Source: a virus
Lineage: Duplodnaviria; Heunggongvirae; Uroviricota; Caudoviricetes
Length of the DNA stretch: 55,134 nt
Virus record (IMG/VR): IMGVR_UViG_2547132035_000002
Strand: one strand, 5' to 3'
Shown here: piece by piece, positions 8,905 to 18,692 of the stretch
Layout: every line of letters starts with the position of its first letter
How positions within the stretch are numbered: position 1 is the stretch's first letter
Notes under the pieces: model-generated
Seen by the model: only the letters and a program-made list of their open reading frames with translations
Database searches by the model: none
What the model was told of the DNA's origin: nothing
Position numbers and translations under genes: made by a program

Positions 8905-9525
8905 ATGAAAAAATGTTTATATATATATGAAGGAAAAGAAGATATTTTTACAGAAAAAGTAGAGTTAAGTAATGATGAACTGAACGATAAAGGTGTAATG
9001 GCATTAGGAGTCATAACATCTAATGAAGATTTGGCAGCTTATCTTGAACAAAACGCTAATAAATTGTCTCCAGGTTCATTAGAGAAAACAATGAAACAAT
9101 GGAATCACTTGAAGGAAATTGAAAAGAATATTGATGAACTAAGACTTTCTGATATAGACAACTATGAAAAATATAGCAAACCTATGGATTTGATAGGGCA
9201 ACCTATTTACAACTACCATAATGATGAGGGAAATTCAATTATAAATTGTCCATTAAATAATATTATTATTCCATTGGCATTAAAACCAAATGGTAAAGTT
9301 TTAGTTATTAAATGTGATTTAGATATAGGATTTGATAAAAAAATATTCTTAGAAGAAATAGAAAACAAGCAAGAATATTTGTTGATTGACAATTATCTTC
9401 TTGATGCAATTGAATCTCAAGAGAGAGCCTGCCTAAGTTTTCGATGGAATAAAGTAGAAAATTATTTAGAGATGTATCCAGAAGCAGCAGAACATGCTAT
9501 TCATTATTTTTCTAATCTTGAGTAG
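8905..9525 (+). CDS. hypothetical protein
   Basis: AAGGAG RBS before ATG 8905. Confidence 0.75.
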   Translation: MKKCLYIYEGKEDIFTEKVELSNDELNDKGVMALGVITSNEDLAAYLEQNANKLSPGSLEKTMKQWNHLKEIEKNIDELRLSDIDNYEKYSKPMDLIGQPIYNYHNDEGNSIINCPLNNIIIPLALKPNGKVLVIKCDLDIGFDKKIFLEEIENKQEYLLIDNYLLDAIESQERACLSFRWNKVENYLEMYPEAAEHAIHYFSNLE

Positions 9526-9539
9526 AAATAAAAAATCTG

Positions 9540-9601
9540 TGATAGAATAAAAGAGTAAATATAAACGAAAAAAGTGTATCTCAGATGAGGTACGCTTTTT
9601 T
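9540..9601 (+). promoter_or_regulatory. cassette head 7
   Basis: TGaTAGAAT, GTAAATATAAACGA, stem aaagtgtatctc/gaggtacgcttt with G-T wobbles. Confidence 0.8.
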
Positions 9602-9618
9602 GATAAGAAGGAGGATTT

Positions 9619-9762
9619 ATGCCAAAACCAAATAAATACTATAAAAACTCCACAAGAGACCGTGGAATTAAAAACAAAATTTTTTATGGGAAGGAAAAGG
9701 TGGATTATTTAAAGTTTTTTAAAAAAGGAGAGACAAAAGATGGAATTAAAAGGAAAGTTTAA
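9619..9762 (+). CDS. small basic protein (47 aa, not in ORF track)
   Basis: AAGGAGG RBS after head 7; MPKPNKYYKNSTRDRGIKNKIFYGKEK... Confidence 0.55.
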   Translation: MPKPNKYYKNSTRDRGIKNKIFYGKEKVDYLKFFKKGETKDGIKRKV

Positions 9763-9988
9763 AATCAAGAAGATACTCAGAAAAACTCAAGCAAAACTCT
9801 TTAAAGACTTAAAAGTAGGTGATGAAATTGAGATTATTAAAGAGTTATGCAAGGAAGGAGGTGCATTTTCAGGACGTACAGCATCTTATATTATTGTTAA
9901 GGATAATAAAGGCAATCAAATTGATTCTACATTAAGAATTGTAGGAAATATCTTACCATGTTTTGAATGGGAGGAATTGAAAATATGA
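9740..9988 (+). CDS. hypothetical protein
   Basis: AAGGAG RBS, 82 aa. Confidence 0.7.
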   Translation: MELKGKFKIKKILRKTQAKLFKDLKVGDEIEIIKELCKEGGAFSGRTASYIIVKDNKGNQIDSTLRIVGNILPCFEWEELKI

Positions 9989-10431
9989 AAGAAATAAATT
10001 TTTATGAAGCATATAAACAAAGAAAAGAAAATCATATAGCCAAAAGTAGTTTTGTGGGTTTTGTGGTTATTATTTATATGATACTATTAACACTTTTAAC
10101 CCTTGTTAACAAAAGTATGGAGGTATATTCTTTCTTGGGATTTCTTGTAGGGATATCTATTTATCTTTTTTATAGTCTGTACGATAGCTACAAAATCAAT
10201 AAAATTGTTTCCTATATTGAGGATAAAGAATGCTGTTGTTTTATTGTTGAAAAAATCAGTATAAATGGACAAAATATTATATTTCAAATTGGGGATATCA
10301 AATATATTATTGATTCTCCATATATTATTCATTATCCACTGGAAAATAAAAACAAACCAGCAGTTCATATTAAGGTTGGAAAGAATTGCTATGGGGATAA
10401 AATTGTGTGTCGTGTTGATATATATTTATAA
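9985..10431 (+). CDS. membrane protein (2 TM)
   Basis: Two hydrophobic stretches; GGAGG RBS. Confidence 0.7.
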   Translation: MKEINFYEAYKQRKENHIAKSSFVGFVVIIYMILLTLLTLVNKSMEVYSFLGFLVGISIYLFYSLYDSYKINKIVSYIEDKECCCFIVEKISINGQNIIFQIGDIKYIIDSPYIIHYPLENKNKPAVHIKVGKNCYGDKIVCRVDIYL

Positions 10432-10492
10432 TCAATGGACAATATTGAAGAAAAACGATTTAATATCAAAGAAATAAGAAAAGGGGAAAATT

Positions 10493-10834
10493 ATGAAAAA
10501 TATATCTATATCATTTGTAGAAAAAAATGGGAAGGTTTATATATTATTGGATGCAATAAGCTATTCAGGAGATGAATATAAATATTCTTTAGTAGACATA
10601 AAATATTTACACTCTATTGAAAATGGATTTACAATTAAAGATAAATGTCTTTATGTCAATGATAAAAAATTAACGTCTATTCAAGAAGTTGAATTTAATG
10701 TATGGGCAAGCCCATTTAGAGATGTTAAAGTTAATGGTTTCAAAGAATTATGTTTTGAAAAAGAAATTATTCAAAATTATAAAGCGAAAAAACCATTGGC
10801 TAAAGATGATGGAATAAAAAATATTATTATTTAA
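10493..10834 (+). CDS. hypothetical protein
   Basis: AAGGGG RBS, 113 aa. Confidence 0.7.
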   Translation: MKNISISFVEKNGKVYILLDAISYSGDEYKYSLVDIKYLHSIENGFTIKDKCLYVNDKKLTSIQEVEFNVWASPFRDVKVNGFKELCFEKEIIQNYKAKKPLAKDDGIKNIII

Positions 10835-10855
10835 AACAATAAAAGGAGACAAACA

Positions 10856-11059
10856 GTGGAAAAAATTAAAGTTATTAAAGACAATAATGAATATCATTTT
10901 GAGAATAAAGTCAATAAGTACTTAGCAGATGGATGGACAGTTTCTTCTACAAGCAGTGCCATTCAAGTTGCTGGAAAATCAGCAAGTGGCTGTTATCTGG
11001 TAACAAATGATATTTATGTCGCAATTCTTGTAAAGAACAGTGAGGATAAAGATAAGTGA
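10856..11059 (+). CDS. hypothetical protein
   Basis: AAGGAG RBS, GTG start. Confidence 0.65.
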   Translation: MEKIKVIKDNNEYHFENKVNKYLADGWTVSSTSSAIQVAGKSASGCYLVTNDIYVAILVKNSEDKDK

Positions 11060-11133
11060 TGAAACTTTATGATAGTTTGGCTATTAGACGTATTAGACTG
11101 GAAATAAAATAATGAAATATAAGGAGAAAAATT

Positions 11134-11436
11134 ATGGAAAACAAAAATATATCAACAAGTGATTTTATGAAGTTAGGCAATAAACACCTTCAAAATACTC
11201 CCTACTCCCTTTATCAAACTGAAAAATATCATCTCTTACGAATCCATAAAAATACTCATCATAGAAAATATTCCTTAAGAAATGGGCCAGATGGTGATAT
11301 CTTTACAAACAAGGCAGCGATTATGCAGTTTGTGGAGTTAGCAAAAGAAAATGATAAGTCTGAGATGACATTAGAAGAAGAAAAGATGTTAAAGGATTAT
11401 TTGAAGAGTGCTGGAGTTACATATGATGGATTATAA
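11134..11436 (+). CDS. hypothetical protein
   Basis: AAGGAG RBS, 100 aa. Confidence 0.7.
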   Translation: MENKNISTSDFMKLGNKHLQNTPYSLYQTEKYHLLRIHKNTHHRKYSLRNGPDGDIFTNKAAIMQFVELAKENDKSEMTLEEEKMLKDYLKSAGVTYDGL

Positions 11437-11576
11437 AGAGATATTATGGGAGTTTAAGAGGAATTGTCTGTCATTGAAAGCCTCAGAAATTGACAAAAAA
11501 GCTTTAGCAAAGGATTTTGAGATTATTGGAAAGGATATTAAAAGCGTTCTTAAAGGAAGGAAGTTAAATAGAAATT

Positions 11577-11602
11577 AAAAGTCTCTGTTTATGAGGCTTT
11601 TT
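11577..11602 (+). terminator. intrinsic terminator
   Basis: aaaagtctc/gaggctttt followed by T-tract. Confidence 0.65.
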
Positions 11603-11722
11603 GTTTATAAAATTGGATATACAGAAATAAAAATGATATACTATAAAAAAGAAGTTGAAAAAGGAGTTAGAATAAGTATTGAATGCTAGTTATATATAAA
11701 TATAGTGAAAGGAGCTGGTACA

Positions 11723-12196
11723 ATGGATAAAATGATAGTTTATCATGGCAGTAAAGAAAAAGTCTCTGAACCAGAGATTAGAAAAACAAGATTTACCAAG
11801 GATTTTTCATGGGGATTCTACTGTACTATTTTAGATGAACAGGCAATTATTTGGGCAACAAGAATAGACGGTATGGGATACCTCAACTGCTTTGAGTATG
11901 TTCCCCGAGATGATTTGAATATTAAGAGATTTGATGAAATTTCCTATGAATGGCTTGATTTTATAGCTGATTGTAGAAGTGGGAAAACTCATAATTATGA
12001 TATTATAGAAGGGCCAATGGCTGATGATACAATCTATAACTATGTAGAAGATTATCTTGATGGAACAATTAGTAAGGAAGCTTTTATGGAATTAGCAAAA
12101 TTTAAGAAACCAACTCATCAAATAAGTTTTCATACAATTAAAGCGTTGTCTTGTCTAACATATCTGGAATCAAAAGAGGTGACAAGAGATGAATAG
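11723..12196 (+). CDS. DUF3990 family protein (ART-like HGS motif)
   Basis: IVYHGS...KDFSWGFYCT...W...YDIIEGPMADD...KPTHQISFHT. Confidence 0.85.
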   Translation: MDKMIVYHGSKEKVSEPEIRKTRFTKDFSWGFYCTILDEQAIIWATRIDGMGYLNCFEYVPRDDLNIKRFDEISYEWLDFIADCRSGKTHNYDIIEGPMADDTIYNYVEDYLDGTISKEAFMELAKFKKPTHQISFHTIKALSCLTYLESKEVTRDE

Positions 12197-12605
12197 AAAC
12201 AATCTTTTTTACATTTGTAGTTTACTCGAATCCATATCTAGAAAAACTGGTCTCAAGAAAAAGGAAATCATTGATAAAATTGGCTTAAAGCAACTTAAAC
12301 ATCTGTATAATTACGCTGATGTCAATCATTGCTTGCCTATTTTACAGGTAACTGAAGAAGTTATAGAAAGTAATCATCTTCCTGTAAAAGAAATTGGGAC
12401 TTCTCAAACCGTATCCGTGTGGGATAATGGGAAGGTTTATCAGAGACTGATTATTGATATTTCTGATGATTCCAACTGGTTTGATAAGCTAATAGAAGTC
12501 TATCATTCCTGGATTTGTGACTATCTTGATAATACAGAGCTGCCTATATACTGGCAGCCAAGAAGTTATATTAGGGAATGTTATTTAGAAAAGAAAATTT
12601 TATAG
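12189..12605 (+). CDS. conserved partner of DUF3990 (possible antitoxin)
   Basis: Overlapping start; LFYICSLLESISRKT...ADVNHC pattern recalled from genes downstream of DUF3990. Confidence 0.6.
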   Translation: MNRNNLFYICSLLESISRKTGLKKKEIIDKIGLKQLKHLYNYADVNHCLPILQVTEEVIESNHLPVKEIGTSQTVSVWDNGKVYQRLIIDISDDSNWFDKLIEVYHSWICDYLDNTELPIYWQPRSYIRECYLEKKIL

Positions 12606-12606
12606 A

Positions 12607-12643
12607 ACGATTAAAGACATGTCTTAAATGATATGTCTTTTTT
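12607..12643 (+). terminator. promoterless ACGA-tagged terminator
   Basis: ACGA right after the stop, stem aaagacatgtc/gatatgtcttt, T-tract. Confidence 0.75.
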
Positions 12644-12685
12644 AGGAATATGAATGATAGAAGGAGTTCTAAATACCTAAATCTA

Positions 12686-12754
12686 TGGTAAAATAGAAAT
12701 GTAAATATATACGAGCAATGAGAGACTACATGGAAATGTGGTCTTTTTTGTTGC
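12686..12754 (+). promoter_or_regulatory. cassette head 8
   Basis: TGgTAAAAT, TGTAAATATATACGA, stem agactacat/atgtggtct, T6, GTTGCA, AAGGAGG. Confidence 0.85.
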
Positions 12755-12768
12755 AGAAGGAGGACAAA

Positions 12769-13608
12769 ATGGAAAATATTAAAGATATGGCAGTATATAA
12801 TTCAAGAATGTCAGCAGGTATGGAAGATAAATTGTTTTTTCTTCCCTTTCTTAAAAAATCTACATTGCTTATTGATTATGGCTGTGCAGATGGTACTTTA
12901 GCTAAATATATTAAAGACATTTATCCTGATGCAGTTATCTATGGCTATGATATTGATGAAAACATGCTAGAATTAGCAAAACAAAAATTAGGAAATAATA
13001 ATGTTTATTTGTCTCATTCAAGAGTGTTTGAAATATTAAAATTGATTAAAGATAATGCTTTTAACATCTACCCATATACTCAAGAATATCAAACACATGA
13101 TGAAATCCTGAACTTATCCTCAGTCATCCATGAAGTTTATTCCTATGGAAGCAAAGAGGATATTGAGGAATTTTGGAAGAATGTTTTTGGTATAGGCTTT
13201 GACAAAATTGCTATCAGGAATATGTGTTTTGCAACAGACAGAGAATATCCGTTTCAATTTGAGAGTTTTCAGGAATTTGAGGAGAAATTCATGAGGGGGA
13301 TTGTAGCTAACAATCTTGAAAAGTTATGGAAAGATTATAGGAAGATTTACTCTGGAAACATCTCTTATCAAATTATTACACATTTCCTAATGAAATATCA
13401 TTATATTGAAAATTGGGATAGAGAATCAAAAGAAAATTATTTCCCCTTAAGTGTAGATGAGTTGAAGAGAGTTATTCCCGATTGTTATGATATTGTATAT
13501 GAAAATAGTTATCTTTTACCCTATATTAAAGAATATGTGAAGAATGAATTTGATATAGAATTAGACTGTTTCACACATATAAAAATCATATTGAAAAAAA
13601 GAGAATGA
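12769..13608 (+). CDS. class I SAM-dependent methyltransferase, substrate unknown
   Basis: LIDYGCADG motif I and GYDID motif II; AAGGAGG RBS before ATG 12769. Confidence 0.85.
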   Translation: MENIKDMAVYNSRMSAGMEDKLFFLPFLKKSTLLIDYGCADGTLAKYIKDIYPDAVIYGYDIDENMLELAKQKLGNNNVYLSHSRVFEILKLIKDNAFNIYPYTQEYQTHDEILNLSSVIHEVYSYGSKEDIEEFWKNVFGIGFDKIAIRNMCFATDREYPFQFESFQEFEEKFMRGIVANNLEKLWKDYRKIYSGNISYQIITHFLMKYHYIENWDRESKENYFPLSVDELKRVIPDCYDIVYENSYLLPYIKEYVKNEFDIELDCFTHIKIILKKRE

Positions 13609-13642
13609 AGATAGACTTATTCCAGTGAATATAAACAAATTA

Positions 13643-13712
13643 TGCTACAATATAAGTGTAATATTATAACGATAAGAAGACTATTTCCAAAAGGAAGTAG
13701 TTTTTTGTTGTA
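13643..13712 (+). promoter_or_regulatory. cassette head 9
   Basis: TGcTACAAT, TATAACGA 13665-13672, stem actatttcc/ggaagtagt, TTGTTGTA 13705-13712. Confidence 0.85.
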
Positions 13713-13728
13713 GAAGGAGGAAAATATT

Positions 13729-13953
13729 ATGAAATATTATGTGATAAAGACTTCAAATAGAGGAGAATCAGAAAAAAGTAAGCCATATTCAACAATGAAT
13801 GAAGCAGAACGATATGTTAAAAAGCAGCTTCATAATAAAAGACTAAAATCTTGGGGGCAGTGTACTATCAAGGGAACCACTCTTTTATATGATGATGGAC
13901 TTACGATTCACTACTCTATTTTTGAAGAACATGATTATGATACACTTTCATAA
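13729..13953 (+). CDS. hypothetical protein
   Basis: AAGGAGG RBS, 74 aa. Confidence 0.7.
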   Translation: MKYYVIKTSNRGESEKSKPYSTMNEAERYVKKQLHNKRLKSWGQCTIKGTTLLYDDGLTIHYSIFEEHDYDTLS

Positions 13954-14032
13954 TTTGACAATTGAAATATCTGACTATTTTATGTATGATGAAGTTAACA
14001 GACAAAGAATATTTCCAAATAAGGAGAATTTT

Positions 14033-14929
14033 ATGAGAAAGGTAATAAAAAAAGTAACGTTGTTAGTTGTTATTTGTTTCATAGCAACTTCACTATTTGG
14101 CTGCGAAAAACAGATGGGAAAACAGGAATCATTAGCAACAGGCAATATTCAAATTTCCTATATTGATGTGGGGCAGGCGGATGCAACACTTATTCAAGGC
14201 AATGACTTTAATATTCTCATTGATGCTGGGAATAAGGCAGATAGTCAGCTTATGATTGATTTTCTACAAAAGAAAAATGTAAATAAAATAGATATCGCTG
14301 TTGGGACACATGCCCATGAAGACCATGTTGGAGGATTTCCAGAGATATTAAAAGCTTTTGAATGTGATACTTTTTATATAAGCAATACAACTTCCTCTTC
14401 GAAGATATATGAAAGCTTATTGGATGTCTTAGATGATAGGAATATTAGTGTAAGGATTCCTGATGTAGGTGAAGAATTAACATTGGGAGATATTAATATC
14501 AAGTTTTATGGTCCTTTGAAAAAGTATAAGGATTTAAATGATTCTTCAATCATTTTAAAACTTACTCATGGAAATAATTCATATCTTTTTACTGGGGATG
14601 CTGAGTCTGGAGTTGAAAAGGAGTTAATTAAGAAGTGGGGAAACCAACTGAAGTCAACAGTCTATCAGGCAGGACATCATGGGTCATCAACAAGTAACTC
14701 TTCCCAATTTCTAAAGAAAATCTCTCCACAGACAGTGATTATTTCAAGCAATAAGGAGGATGCTCCACGTTATGGACACCCACATATAGAGACTTTGGAT
14801 TTACTTAAATCATTGAATATCCAGTTATATCGAACAGATAAGCAGGGTACAGTTATTTTAACTGATGATGGAAATCATTATACTATTCAAACTGAAAAAG
14901 AATATTCAGGGAATTTATATAAGAAGTAG
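14033..14929 (+). CDS. ComEC/Rec2-like MBL-fold hydrolase, lipoprotein
   Basis: Lipobox SLFGC; IDVGQAD, THAHEDHVGG, LFTGDAE, GHHGS, RTD..G motifs. Confidence 0.9.
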   Translation: MRKVIKKVTLLVVICFIATSLFGCEKQMGKQESLATGNIQISYIDVGQADATLIQGNDFNILIDAGNKADSQLMIDFLQKKNVNKIDIAVGTHAHEDHVGGFPEILKAFECDTFYISNTTSSSKIYESLLDVLDDRNISVRIPDVGEELTLGDINIKFYGPLKKYKDLNDSSIILKLTHGNNSYLFTGDAESGVEKELIKKWGNQLKSTVYQAGHHGSSTSNSSQFLKKISPQTVIISSNKEDAPRYGHPHIETLDLLKSLNIQLYRTDKQGTVILTDDGNHYTIQTEKEYSGNLYKK

Positions 14930-14941
14930 AAGGAGGATATT

Positions 14942-15271
14942 ATGAGCAAAGAAAAGATGTATGAAGAGAATCCTGATATAGCATGGCCATTAAGGGAATT
15001 CCAGAATTGTCAGAGAAATTTAGAGGATTTCAAGGTTCGTGAACATCCACAAAAATATATTGTTGAAGCTATTGAAGATGGCTATTTAAAATGTGAGGAT
15101 GAACATGGAGAATTTGAATATTATAAGCAGTCATTTATGCCAGATGTTCAAGAAAATGATGTCATTCTTATCTATCAAGGACGCTACACAAAACTTCAAG
15201 ATGAAACTGTAGAAAGAAAAAAAAGAATAGATGGAAAACTGGAAAGGTTATTAAATAAGAACAAGAAATAG
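14942..15271 (+). CDS. DUF3006-like protein
   Basis: YIVEAIEDGY.KCE...PDVQENDVI...DETVERKKRI..KLERL; usual neighbour of ComEC-like MBL genes. Confidence 0.6.
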   Translation: MSKEKMYEENPDIAWPLREFQNCQRNLEDFKVREHPQKYIVEAIEDGYLKCEDEHGEFEYYKQSFMPDVQENDVILIYQGRYTKLQDETVERKKRIDGKLERLLNKNKK

Positions 15272-15310
15272 AATCTAAAAAAAAGAAATCCATACAATAA
15301 GTTAATTGTA

Positions 15311-15367
15311 TGATAAAATAAATATATATGAAACGAAATGAAGGCTAGCTGTTGCTAGGCTTTTTTT
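15311..15367 (+). promoter_or_regulatory. cassette head 10
   Basis: TGaTAAAAT, AAACGA, stem gctagc/gctagg, T7. Confidence 0.65.
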
Positions 15368-15385
15368 CTTTATGGAGAATAGAAT

Positions 15386-15691
15386 ATGAAAAGAAAGAAG
15401 AAAGGGTGCAGATTTACAAGATTTACAAAAAAGATATTCATAGTTTCATCTATATTATTTGTTTTTGGCATGACTATAACAAATTCATATCTGGCTTCAA
15501 GCAATATACATAAACAAAAGCTAGAAGATGATATACATTTATTAGAAGCAGATATTGATGGACTCAATATGAAAAAGGCGGAGTTATCTAGTTTTCAGAA
15601 ACTTAGAGAAGTTGCATATAGCAATGGATATAAATATAAGACAGCAGCCACTTCATTTGCTGTTGTTGGCAAAAATAGAAATGGAGATTAA
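15386..15691 (+). CDS. ftsL: FtsL-like bitopic cell division protein
   Basis: Basic N-terminus, one TM, heptad coiled coil, L-S-S-F-x-x-L-x-x-V-A...G-Y tail typical of Bacillota FtsL. Confidence 0.6.
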   Translation: MKRKKKGCRFTRFTKKIFIVSSILFVFGMTITNSYLASSNIHKQKLEDDIHLLEADIDGLNMKKAELSSFQKLREVAYSNGYKYKTAATSFAVVGKNRNGD

Positions 15692-15777
15692 AATATAACT
15701 ATAAAATTTGGTGGTATTGGAAAGAATTATATTTTTACTCAATTCAATGAACTGCAAGCACAAATATAGGAGGATTT

Positions 15778-16455
15778 ATGAGAGAAAAAACATATAGTTA
15801 TGATGAATTAAATCACATATTAAATGCTTTGGACTTATATTCAAGAGTTTTATGTGGGCAATATGAAGAAACAATAAAAATTTATGGATACCAGTATTCA
15901 TTCTATGACCTTCGATGCTCATATCTTATAAAAAACTTGAAGAAGCTAAGAGATATTTGTATTCCACACTTAGCTAGAAGTGATTTTAACATTTCTTTAG
16001 GCATTTGGAATATAGATACTCCATTTATTGCAAAAAGAGCCTATGATATCTATCAGATTTTACGTTATCAAAAAGCTTATCATGATTATCCAGAGGGTGG
16101 AAATACTGTCAATTTCAATTCACCATTTATTCATGGGGAATGGAATATTAGAAAACCAACAATTGAAACCCTTAATAAACTCATTGAACCCTATCATTAT
16201 CCTGATTATTATCCTAGTGGGATGCAAAGAGGATGGGAGTGTCCATTAGTCGTTATAGAATTTGATGATGATAAGCAAACCTTGAAGGTATTAAGAGATG
16301 CTAAAAAGATTGATTCTATTATCCATGCTGCACTCAATTTTTATGAATTGATTCTTCAAAGAAACCTTAAGGAAGCTTTTATGATTCTTTATCCTGAAAA
16401 GGATGATGAGGAATTTATGGGGGTTTTAGAGGAAACTGAAAAAGAATTAAATTGA
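15778..16455 (+). CDS. hypothetical protein
   Basis: AGGAGG RBS, 225 aa. Confidence 0.8.
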   Translation: MREKTYSYDELNHILNALDLYSRVLCGQYEETIKIYGYQYSFYDLRCSYLIKNLKKLRDICIPHLARSDFNISLGIWNIDTPFIAKRAYDIYQILRYQKAYHDYPEGGNTVNFNSPFIHGEWNIRKPTIETLNKLIEPYHYPDYYPSGMQRGWECPLVVIEFDDDKQTLKVLRDAKKIDSIIHAALNFYELILQRNLKEAFMILYPEKDDEEFMGVLEETEKELN

Positions 16456-16473
16456 TATTTTAATTGTAAGGTA

Positions 16474-16545
16474 TGATATAATATAAATGTAAATATATAC
16501 GAAGAAAAAAACTGTATTTCATTCAGAAGTACAGTTTTTTTTGTT
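16474..16545 (+). promoter_or_regulatory. cassette head 11
   Basis: TGaTATAAT, TGTAAATATATACGA, stem aaactgtatttc/gaagtacagttt, T8, GTT. Confidence 0.85.
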
Positions 16546-16560
16546 GAAAGGAGACTAAAA

Positions 16561-16749
16561 ATGGAAAAAGAATACGCTTGCAAAAGTTATGTGTCAGGAG
16601 AACAAAAAGTAATGAAAGTGAAATGTGTTTGTGATTTATGCCGACATGGAGATAGCAATAATAAGGGATGTTATAAAAGAGGTATTACAAAATGTTATGT
16701 ACCGAATGGTTATTATAAGGACTTTGATTTAAAAGGAATTAAAAAATGA
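16561..16749 (+). CDS. small Cys-rich protein
   Basis: AAAGGAG RBS; six Cys including CVCDLC. Confidence 0.65.
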   Translation: MEKEYACKSYVSGEQKVMKVKCVCDLCRHGDSNNKGCYKRGITKCYVPNGYYKDFDLKGIKK

Positions 16750-16765
16750 TAGAAAGGAGAAAAAC

Positions 16766-17497
16766 ATGGAAAATGAATTAAAATATTTAGCAATGTATCT
16801 TGATTGGCTAGGACAAGGTTATGCAAATAAAGAGTTTATAGTCAATTATAAAAATTTATGCAACAACTATTACCTTTTAGAAATTATGGAAATTCCTATT
16901 ATTAACACATATGATAGCATATCCATACAGGATAGTAATATTATCATTTCACATATTGGAATTCAAACTAAAAATTTGGAGGTAACAGGAGAAATGTCAT
17001 GCAGCTATAATCCTATTAAAATTGAAATGAATCCACCTGAAATATTTTCATTATCTTCTTTTAAAGAATCAGATTATTTTGGTACAATGCTTAACCAAGT
17101 TTCTGACTCATATGAAAACGCATTAGAAAAGGGAAAAGAATTATATGAGAAATATCAGGCTTCACTCCAACCACTCACATATGACTCTACATATAAACTT
17201 GCTAAAACATTTGAAACAAGCAATGGGGAATATGTAGAAATGAGAGTGGATTTTATGGAGAATACAATTGAAATAGATTCAATTCATTTCTCTACTCATG
17301 GCGAAGTCGATTTTGATTCCATTACAATAGTAGATAAGGAAGAATATGAGAGATTGAAGGAATCTTCAGGGGTTCTTAATGTACTTATCCAGTCATTAGA
17401 TAAAGGTGCTGCTATTAAAAAGATAAAGAATGGATACATTATTGATGATATGTATTATGAGAGTTTAGAAGAATTTTTAGATATCAATGAAAAATAG
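16766..17497 (+). CDS. hypothetical acidic protein
   Basis: AAAGGAG RBS, 243 aa. Confidence 0.8.
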   Translation: MENELKYLAMYLDWLGQGYANKEFIVNYKNLCNNYYLLEIMEIPIINTYDSISIQDSNIIISHIGIQTKNLEVTGEMSCSYNPIKIEMNPPEIFSLSSFKESDYFGTMLNQVSDSYENALEKGKELYEKYQASLQPLTYDSTYKLAKTFETSNGEYVEMRVDFMENTIEIDSIHFSTHGEVDFDSITIVDKEEYERLKESSGVLNVLIQSLDKGAAIKKIKNGYIIDDMYYESLEEFLDINEK

Positions 17498-17520
17498 TTA
17501 AGATATCACGCGAAGATAAA

Positions 17521-18075
17521 TGGTGGCAAAAATGGTTAGATGAACAGTCATGGACAACATTGTTTGTTGATGGAAATCATGAGAATTTTGATTTACTGAA
17601 TTCATATCCAGTTGAAGAATGGAATGGTGGAAGAATTCATAAGATTAATGAGAGTATTTTTCATCTGATGCGAGGAGAAATCTTTAATATAGGTGGATAT
17701 TCATTCTTCACTTTTGGTGGAGTATTTTCTCATGATATATATAGAAGAAAAGAAGGCGTTTCCTGGTGGCAGAGTGAATTACCTGTACAAGATGAAATAG
17801 ATAATGCCCTGAATAATCTCACAAAACACCACAATAAGGTTGATTTTATTATTACACATGATGCTTCAAGGGAATTACAGGACTTATTGGGATATGATTG
17901 GGAAAACATGATGCCATATGACGGACAGTATCAGAATCTCTCAAAATTCCTTCAATATATACAGGATAATGTGGAATACAGGGAGTGGTTTCTGGGACAC
18001 TATCATATAGATAGACATATATCTAATTTCCATGTTATGTATGATGATGTGATAGAATTGGAAGGTATTTTATAA
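17521..18075 (+). pseudogene. 5'-truncated calcineurin-like metallophosphoesterase
   Basis: WWQKWLDEQSWTTLFVDGNHENF...IITHD...FLGHYH present; in-frame TGA at 17488 and no DxH or GD motifs upstream. Confidence 0.75.
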
Positions 18076-18120
18076 GAATCATATATTATTTAAATTATGA
18101 TATAATAGTTATAGAGCATG

Positions 18121-18140
18121 AAAAAAGGAGCTTTCGCTCC
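18121..18140 (-). terminator. terminator of the small minus-strand gene
   Basis: Minus strand GGAGC-GAAA-GCTCC-TTTTTT. Confidence 0.85.
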
Positions 18141-18148
18141 CATGCCTA

Positions 18149-18331
18149 TTATGGCTCATGTCTCCAAAAATATGAGACAACTTTGATAGTCACATCCACA
18201 ATGCTTGTGAAAACAATTGTAGTAATAAGTGACGTATTTTCTGTTGCCAAGCATTCAAGTACATCTACAAAAACAATGAATAGAATACTTGGTAACATTT
18301 TCTTTAAGGCAGGTTTTATCCTGCAAGCCAA
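18149..18331 (-). CDS. small hydrophobic protein, candidate type I toxin
   Basis: GAGGTG RBS, TTG start, two hydrophobic segments, own terminator. Confidence 0.6.
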   Translation of the reverse strand: MACRIKPALKKMLPSILFIVFVDVLECLATENTSLITTIVFTSIVDVTIKVVSYFWRHEP

Positions 18332-18692
18332 AGGCTAATTCACCTCTACGCAGAGTAATGACTTTTCTGCGTAGTTTTATTTTGTCATAAATCAGGTGTA
18401 AATTCAAGCATGACTTGAGTGTACACATAAAAAAAATATTTATTTTTTATTTCTGGAAAGCATAGGAATATATCATAAATTGAGGAGTTTCACTTTTCAA
18501 AAAGCGAAGCAATGCAGACTATGTTATAGATACTTTATCAGGACTATCAGTAGTTATTAGAGAAAACAGATTTATCTAGAATTTGATTTGTTTCAGCTTT
18601 TTTTATATTACTTAAAACAACATACCCAATTGAGTAGAAATGTATTTACATACTCAATTGGGTATGATAAAATGTTTGTAGGAGGATTTATT

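Noticed and set aside
12718-12768. Longer upstream starts in the ORF track (12718, 20176, 50374, 5077, 7691)
   Set aside because: They begin inside head elements; strong SD sequences support the downstream starts used here.
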